Shown one piece after another: positions 57,873-64,000 of a DNA stretch of 64,000 nt; position 1 is the first letter of the stretch, and every line of letters starts with the position of its first letter. The DNA is taken from the NCBI GenBank assembly GCA_963784995.1, contig CAWATZ010000006.1, positions 200,853 through 264,852 on the forward strand. Reading direction: 5' to 3'. The stretch comes from an uncultured Planctomycetota bacterium. GTDB taxonomy: Bacteria > Planctomycetota > Planctomycetia > Gemmatales > Gemmataceae. The notes under the pieces were generated by a model, which worked only from the letters and a program-made list of their open reading frames with translations, was not told the DNA's origin and searched no databases. The translations under genes were made by a program, and so were the position numbers.

Positions 57873-60359
57873 ATGCGCAACGTAGTGCGGCTGGTGTTCG
57901 CCCTCGTTCTTTTCTGCGTGGCTTCCACGGCGTTTGGCCGGCAGCCGGGCGATCTTCCCAGAGCCCGAGTCGTTCCCGTGGGGCCTTCGTCAGCGGCCCC
58001 GGCTGCTGGGGATTCCGGCTCTCCCGCCCAGGACGAAGAGAGACTCCGGACCGCGGGGCTGCGCGTCGATGGGCCGTCCCTGGTGGAGTTCTTGCGGCAG
58101 CGGGCTCAACTGGAGACCGACCCCGACGGGCTCAACGCCTGGATCAGGCGGCTGAATGACGCTGATCCGGGAGTCCGCTCGCGTGCCGCGCGCACCTTGC
58201 TGGGTCGCGGCAAGGCGGCGCTGCCCCTGCTGCATCGCGCGGCCAACGATCTGGGCGACCCCGAACTGGCTGGCCGGGCGCAGCACTGTATCGAGGTCAT
58301 CGAATGGCAAGGTAGCACCTTGCCGGCCGCGGCCGCACGGCTGCTGGCCCATCACAAACCGGCCGGGGCGGTGGAAGCGCTGCTGGCCTATCTGCCCGCC
58401 GCCGAGACTCCTGCCCTCGTCGAGGAAGTGGCCAGCGCCCTCACGGCCCTGGCTTATCCGGACGACAAACCGCACGCCGCTTTGCTCGCAGCGCTCACCG
58501 ACGCCGTGCCGCTGCGTCGCGCCGTGGCCGGCAGCGCACTGGCCGGCAAGGATCATCCCCAAGCACGACCAGCCGTTCGCAAGCTGCTGCGTGATCCCAG
58601 GCCGCTGGTCCGTCTCCGTGTCGCGCTGGCCCTGGCCGAGGCCAACGACCTCGAAGGCGTGCCCGTTCTGATTGATCTGCTGGCAGAGGTTGTGCCGCCG
58701 CGGGACAAGCCCATCGAGGAACTGCTGCGGCGGCTGGCGGGCGAATGGGCGCCGACGCCGCCGGCCGGAGACGATGCGGTCGCCCGGCGGATTCGCCGGG
58801 ACAGCTGGGCCGTCTGGTGGCGCGACAGCGATGGCCCCGCCCTGCTGGCCGAAGTGCGCAGCCACACCCTGAGCGGCAAGGACCAGGCCCGGGTGCTGGA
58901 CCTGATCGACAAACTGGGCGCCGACGACTTCGAGATGCGGCAGAATGCTTCCGGCGCGTTGACCGAGTTCGGGGCCCGGGCCGTGCCGCTGCTGCGGGAA
59001 GCCACGCACAGTCCCGATGCGGAACGGGCACGGCGGGCCGAAACGTGTCTGCAGGAGATTGCCGACAAGGGCGGCAAACCCTTGCCGGAACCCGTGTTGC
59101 GGCTGCTGAGGGTGCGCAAACCGGCCGGCGCGGTGGAGGCGTTGCTGGCTTATCTGCCCTTTGCCGACAACGAGCAACGAAGTGAGGAGGTGCGCCAGAC
59201 GCTGGCGTCCCTGGCGGTGCGTGAGGGCCAGCTGGAACCAGCCTTGTCGCGGGCGCTGGAAGATCCACTGCCGCTGCGGCGGCTGGCCGCTGCCGAGGCC
59301 ATCCTGGCAGCGGGAGCCCTGGAGCAACGGGACGCCGTGCGCAAACTGCTGCGTGACGGTGATCCGCTGGTGCGGCTGCGGACCGCCCTGGCCCTGGCCG
59401 TCAAGCGTGATCGGGAAGCGATCCCGGTGCTGATCGAGTCGCTGGCCGAGGAACCCTCCGACGCCAGCAGCGAAGCGGAGGAAATCCTGTATCGCCTGGC
59501 CGGCGAGGGCGGGCCGAAGGTCGAGCCGGCCGGCGACACAGCCGGTCGGCATCAGCGCCGTGACGCCTGGGCGGCCTGGTGGAAGGCGTCCGGTTCGTCG
59601 GTCGATCTGGCCGTGCTGGAGAACCACGTGCGCCAACTGGGGTACACGCTCCTGGCAATGGGGGAAAGTGAAAAGGATGGTCAGGTGCTGGAACTGGGCC
59701 GGGACGGCAAGCCGCGCTGGATCATTACCGGGCTGGCGGCTCCAGTAGACGCCTACGTCCTTCCCGGCGATCGCGTGCTGATCGCGGAATACCTCCTCAA
59801 GCGTGTGACCGAACGCGATTTCAAGGGCAACATCCTCTGGCAGCGAAACCTGGGCACCCATCCGGTCAACGCGCAGCGTCTGGCCAATGGCAACACCTTC
59901 ATCGCCACGGACAACGAGTTGCTCGAGGTCGATCGCGCCGGCAAGACCGTCTGGAGTCAGGCTTTCTCGAACCTTCCGGCGGCGTACAAATCCCGGGATG
60001 GCAGCATCACTTGCCTGGACGGCAGTGGCCAGTGTGTTCGCCTCTCCTCGGCCGGCAAGGAACTGAAGCGGTTTCCTTCTGGAACCTCCGAAGTGAGCGT
60101 CGGTGGCATCGACGTGCTGGCCAATGGCCGGATCTTGATCGCGCAGCGCAAGGAGAACCGGGTAGTGGAACTGGACGCCGAAGGCAAAGTCCTCTGGCAA
60201 ACCGCCGCGCCGGGAAGTTTCTCGGCCACACGCCTGCCCAACGGGCATACGCTCGTTGCCAGCACCGACAACAAGATAGTGACCGAACTGGACCGGGCCG
60301 GAAAGGTCGTCTGGGAACACAAGGCGGGGATGGAGGTCTTCCGAGCGCGACGGCGCTGA
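57873..60359 (+). CDS. Secreted HEAT-repeat + beta-propeller protein, tandem paralog B (intact)
   Basis: Signal peptide. Two internally duplicated HEAT modules (PAGAVEALLAYLP..., DPLVRLR.ALALA...). C-terminal 4-6-blade propeller (ANGNTFIAT..., DGSITCLD...). Confidence 0.75.
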   Translation: MRNVVRLVFALVLFCVASTAFGRQPGDLPRARVVPVGPSSAAPAAGDSGSPAQDEERLRTAGLRVDGPSLVEFLRQRAQLETDPDGLNAWIRRLNDADPGVRSRAARTLLGRGKAALPLLHRAANDLGDPELAGRAQHCIEVIEWQGSTLPAAAARLLAHHKPAGAVEALLAYLPAAETPALVEEVASALTALAYPDDKPHAALLAALTDAVPLRRAVAGSALAGKDHPQARPAVRKLLRDPRPLVRLRVALALAEANDLEGVPVLIDLLAEVVPPRDKPIEELLRRLAGEWAPTPPAGDDAVARRIRRDSWAVWWRDSDGPALLAEVRSHTLSGKDQARVLDLIDKLGADDFEMRQNASGALTEFGARAVPLLREATHSPDAERARRAETCLQEIADKGGKPLPEPVLRLLRVRKPAGAVEALLAYLPFADNEQRSEEVRQTLASLAVREGQLEPALSRALEDPLPLRRLAAAEAILAAGALEQRDAVRKLLRDGDPLVRLRTALALAVKRDREAIPVLIESLAEEPSDASSEAEEILYRLAGEGGPKVEPAGDTAGRHQRRDAWAAWWKASGSSVDLAVLENHVRQLGYTLLAMGESEKDGQVLELGRDGKPRWIITGLAAPVDAYVLPGDRVLIAEYLLKRVTERDFKGNILWQRNLGTHPVNAQRLANGNTFIATDNELLEVDRAGKTVWSQAFSNLPAAYKSRDGSITCLDGSGQCVRLSSAGKELKRFPSGTSEVSVGGIDVLANGRILIAQRKENRVVELDAEGKVLWQTAAPGSFSATRLPNGHTLVASTDNKIVTELDRAGKVVWEHKAGMEVFRARRR

Positions 60360-60437
60360 CCGGCCTGTCCGCTCCCCCGGCAGCGGGGATTCCGACCACC
60401 CTTGGGAACTCGCCCCCTTCAGGCCAGGAGAGCCTCC

Positions 60438-62924
60438 ATGCGCAGCGTATCGCGGTTGACGTTCGCCCTCGTTCTTTTCTGCGTGGCTTCCGCGGCGTTT
60501 GGCCGGCAGCCGGGCGATCTTCCCAAAGGCCGAGTCGTTCCCCTGGGGCCTTCGTCAGCGGCCCCGTCTGCCGGGGATTCCGGCTCTCCCGCCCAGGACG
60601 AAGAGAGACTCCGGACCGCGGGGCTGCGCGTCGATGGGCCGTCCCTGGTGGAGTTCTTGCGGCAGCGGGCTCAACTGGAGACCGACCCCGACGGGCTCAA
60701 CGCCTGGATCAGGCGGCTGAATGACGCTGATCCGGGAGTCCGCTCGCGTGCCGCGCGCACCTTGCTGGGTCGCGGCAAGGCGGCGCTGCCCCTGCTGCAT
60801 CGCGCGGCCAACGATCTGGGCGACCCCGAACTGGCTGGCCGGGCGCAGCACTGTATCGAGGTCATCGAATGGCGAGGCAGCGCCGTTGCCGGCCGCGGCC
60901 GCACGGCTGCTGGCCCATCACAAGCCTGCCGGGGCGGTGGAAGCGCTGCTGGCCTACCTGCCCGCCGCCGAGACTCCTGCCCTCGTGGAGGAAGTGGCCC
61001 GCGCCCTCACGGCCCTGGCTTATCCGGACGACAAACCGCACGCCGCCTTGCTCGCCGCGTTGACCGACGCCTTGCCGCTGCGTCGCGCCGTGGCCGGCAG
61101 CGCCCTGGCCGGCAAGGATCATCCCCAGGCACGACCAGCCGTTCGCAAGCTGCTGCGCGATCCCAGGCCGCTGGTGCGTCTGCGTGTCGCCCTGGCCCTG
61201 GCCGAGGCCAATGACCTCGAAGGGGTGCCCGTTCTGATTGATCTGCTGACTGAGGTTGCGCCGCCGCGGGACAAGCCCATCGAGGACCTGCTGCGGCGGC
61301 TGGCGGGCGAATGGACGCCGACGCCGCCGGCCGGAGACGATGCGGTCGCCCGGCGGATTCGCCGCGACAGCTGGGCCGTCTGGTGGCGCGACAGCGATGG
61401 CCCCGCCCTGCTGGCCGAAGTGCGCAGCCACACCCTGAGCGGCAAGGACCAGGCCCGGGTGCTGGACCTGATCGACAAACTGGGCGCCGACGACTTCGAG
61501 ATGCGGCAGAATGCTTCCGGCGCGTTGACCGAGTTCGGGGCCCGGGCCGTGCCGCTGCTGCGTCAAGCCAGGCACAGTCCCGATGCGGAACGGGCAAAGC
61601 GTGCGGAAGAGTGTCTGAAGGATATTGCCGACAGGGGCAGCAAACCCTTGCCGGAACCCGTGTTGCGGCTGCTGAGGGTGCGCAAGCCTGCCGGGGCCGT
61701 GGAGGCGTTGCTGGATTATCTGCCTTTTGCCGACAACGAGCAACGAAAAGATGAGGCTCGCAAGGCGCTGGTGGCTCTGGCGGTGCGTGAAGGCCGGCTG
61801 GACCCCGCCTTGTCGCGGGTGCTGGAAGATCCGCTGCCGCTGCGGCGGCTGGCCGCTGCCGAGGCCATCCTGGCAGCGAGTCCCCTGGAGCAGCGGGATG
61901 CCGTGCGCAAGCTGCTGCGGGACGCTGATCCGCTGGTGCGGCTGCGTACCGCCGTGGCCCTGGCCGTCAAGCGTGATCGGGAAGCGATCCCGGTGCTGAT
62001 CGAGTCGCTGGCCGAGGAACCCTCCGACGCCAGCGGCGAAGCGGAGGAACTCCTGTCCCGTCTGGCCGGCGAGGGCGCGCCGAAGGTCGAGCCGACCGGG
62101 GGCACGGCCGGTCGCCGCCAGCGCCGTGACGCCTGGGCCGGCCTGGTGGAAGGAGTCCGGTTCGTCGGTCGATCTGGCCGTGCTGGAGAACCACACGCGC
62201 CTGCTGGGGTACACCCTCCTGGCAATGGGAGGAAAAGGATGGTCAGGTGCTGGAACTGGGCCGGGACGGCAAGCCGCGCTGGATCATTACCGGGCTGGCG
62301 ATTCCGGTAGACGCCCACGTCCTTCCCGGCAACCGTGTGCTGATTGCCGAGATCCAGGGCAAGCGTGTAACCGAACGCGATTTCCAGGGCAAGATCCTCT
62401 GGCAAAAGGAGAGGCTGGAAGCCAGGCCGGTCAACGCGCAGCGTCTGGCCAATGGCAACACCTTTATTGCCACGGAGGCCGGGTTGCTTGAGGTCGATCG
62501 AACCGGCAAGACCATCTGGAGTCAGGCTTTTCCGAACCTCATGGCAGCGTACAAATCCCGGGATGGCAGCATCACCTGCTTTGACAAAGCTGGCCAGTGT
62601 GTTCGCCTCTCCTCGGCCGGCAAGGAGCTGAAGCGGTTTCCTTCGGGAAGCTCCGACTTGAGAGTTGGTGGCATTGACGTGACGGCCAATGGCCGGATCT
62701 TGATCGCGCAGCGCAAGGAGAACAGGGTGTCGGAACTGAACGCCGAAGGCAAAGTCCTTTGGCAAGCCGCCGCGCCGGGAATTTTCTCGGCCACACGCGT
62801 GCCCAACGGACATACGCTCGTTGCTGGCCGCGATACCAAGCTGGTGACCGAACTGGACCGGGCCGGAAAGGCCGTCTGGGAACACAAGGTGGAGAAGGAG
62901 GTCTTTCGGGCGCGGCGGCGCTGA
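60438..62924 (+). pseudogene. HEAT + beta-propeller tandem paralog C with at least 3 indels relative to B (+1 at about 60883, +1 at about 62137, -5 at about 62230)
   Basis: Spread over three frames (ORFs 60402-61214, 60721-62310, 62247-62924). Nucleotide alignment to B pinpoints the indels. Confidence 0.6.
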
Positions 62925-63002
62925 CCGGCCTGTCCGTTCCCCTTGGCGGGGGTTACGATCATCCTTGAGGAAACCCTTCCATACCTGACCAGGAGTGCTT
63001 CC

Positions 63003-64000
63003 ATGCGCAGCGTATCGTGGCTGGTGTTGGCGATCCTTCTTTTCCTGCGGGGCTGCCGCGGCGCTTGGCCGACAGCCGGGTGATCTTCCCAAAACCCGAG
63101 TCGTCTCTGTGGGATCCTCGCCCGCCCTGCCAGCCGGGGATTCCAGTTCCCCCAGCCAGGACGAAGAGAAACTCCGGACGGCGGGCCTGCGTGTCGATGG
63201 CCCGTCCCTGGTGGAGTTCTTTCGGCAACGGGCCCAACTGCAAGCCGACCCGGAAGAGCTCAACACCTGGATCAGGCGTCTGAATGACGCGGACCCGGAA
63301 GTCCGTTCTCGTGCCGCAGGCAAGTTGCTGGGCCGAGGCACGGCGGCCTTGCCCCTGCTGCGTCGCGCGGCCAACGACCTGGGCGACCCCGAACTGGCTG
63401 ACCGGGCCCGGCACTGCATCGAGCTGATCGACAGGCACGGCACGACGACCGTGACAACGGCCGCGGCCGTTCGCCTGCTGGTCCAGCAGAAACCGGCCGG
63501 GGCCGTGGAAGCGCTGCTGGCCTATCTTGCCGGCTGCCGAGACTCCCGCTCTTGTGGAGGAAGTGGCCCGGGCCCTGACCGCAATGGCTTATCCTGACGA
63601 GAAACCGCATGCCGCCTTGCTCGCAGCGCTCACGGATGCCTTACCGCTGCGCCGTGCCGTGGCCGGTTGGGCCCTGGCCGGCAAGGACCATCCCGAAGCC
63701 CGGCCGTACGTCCGCAAGCTGCTGCGCGATCCCAAACCGCTGGTGCGTCTCCGCGTCGCCCTGGCCCTGGCCGAGGCCAACGACCTCGAAGGAGTGCCCG
63801 TTCTGATTGATCTGCTCGCCGAAGTTCCACCTCCGCGGCACAAGGCCATCGAGGAGCTGCTGGGCCGGCTGGCGGGCGAATGGGCACCGACTGCACCACA
63901 AGGCGACGATGCGGTTGCCCGCCGGATTCGTCGTGGTGCCTGGGCCAGCTGGTGGCGCGAGAGCGACGGCCCGGCTCTGCTGGCCCAGGTACGTCGGCAC
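63003..64000 (+). CDS. HEAT + beta-propeller tandem paralog D (partial, runs off the window end); at least 2 single-base frameshifts (about 63045-63070 and about 63530)
   Basis: Collinear with B from MRSVSWLVLAILLF. Each break is a +1 insertion relative to B. Confidence 0.5.

Noticed and set aside
1-64000. Transposase, integrase, phage or plasmid genes that would mark a mobile island
   Set aside because: None found. The only mobility-related signals are the palindromic repeats and the domesticated Rpn-like nuclease.

Overview
High-GC (about 65-70%) bacterial chromosomal segment whose gene content points to Planctomycetota. Family assignments come from motifs I read in the translations; none could be checked against a database here. 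The window is not an obvious mobile island. It carries: PSCyt2/PSD1 + DUF1501 + EF-hand + PQQ-propeller genes; two PVC-type membrane-bound dehydrogenase/HEAT/cytochrome c (CxxCH) proteins; an ECF sigma factor with a Ser/Thr kinase-WD40 gene; an XPB-like helicase operon; a tandem DUF4058 pair; a housekeeping block (purA, uppS, cdsA, phoH, 7TM-HD); a ThrC/MoaD(GG)/E1 sulfur-carrier cluster; and a tandem array of four secreted HEAT + beta-propeller paralogs that runs off the 3' end of the window. No rRNA, tRNA, CRISPR array, transposase or integrase was found. Three non-genic signals stand out. (1) Several sequence families of very long, perfectly paired palindromic elements (stems of 29-46 bp) sit in intergenic and intra-operon positions, and one arm lies in-frame inside a CDS. 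(2) A roughly 170-nt conserved noncoding element occurs twice, with a compensatory hairpin change between the copies. (3) At least 13 single-base frameshifts interrupt otherwise intact genes. Item (3) is either an indel-type assembly error or genuine gene decay and needs read-level checking before the affected genes are called pseudogenes.
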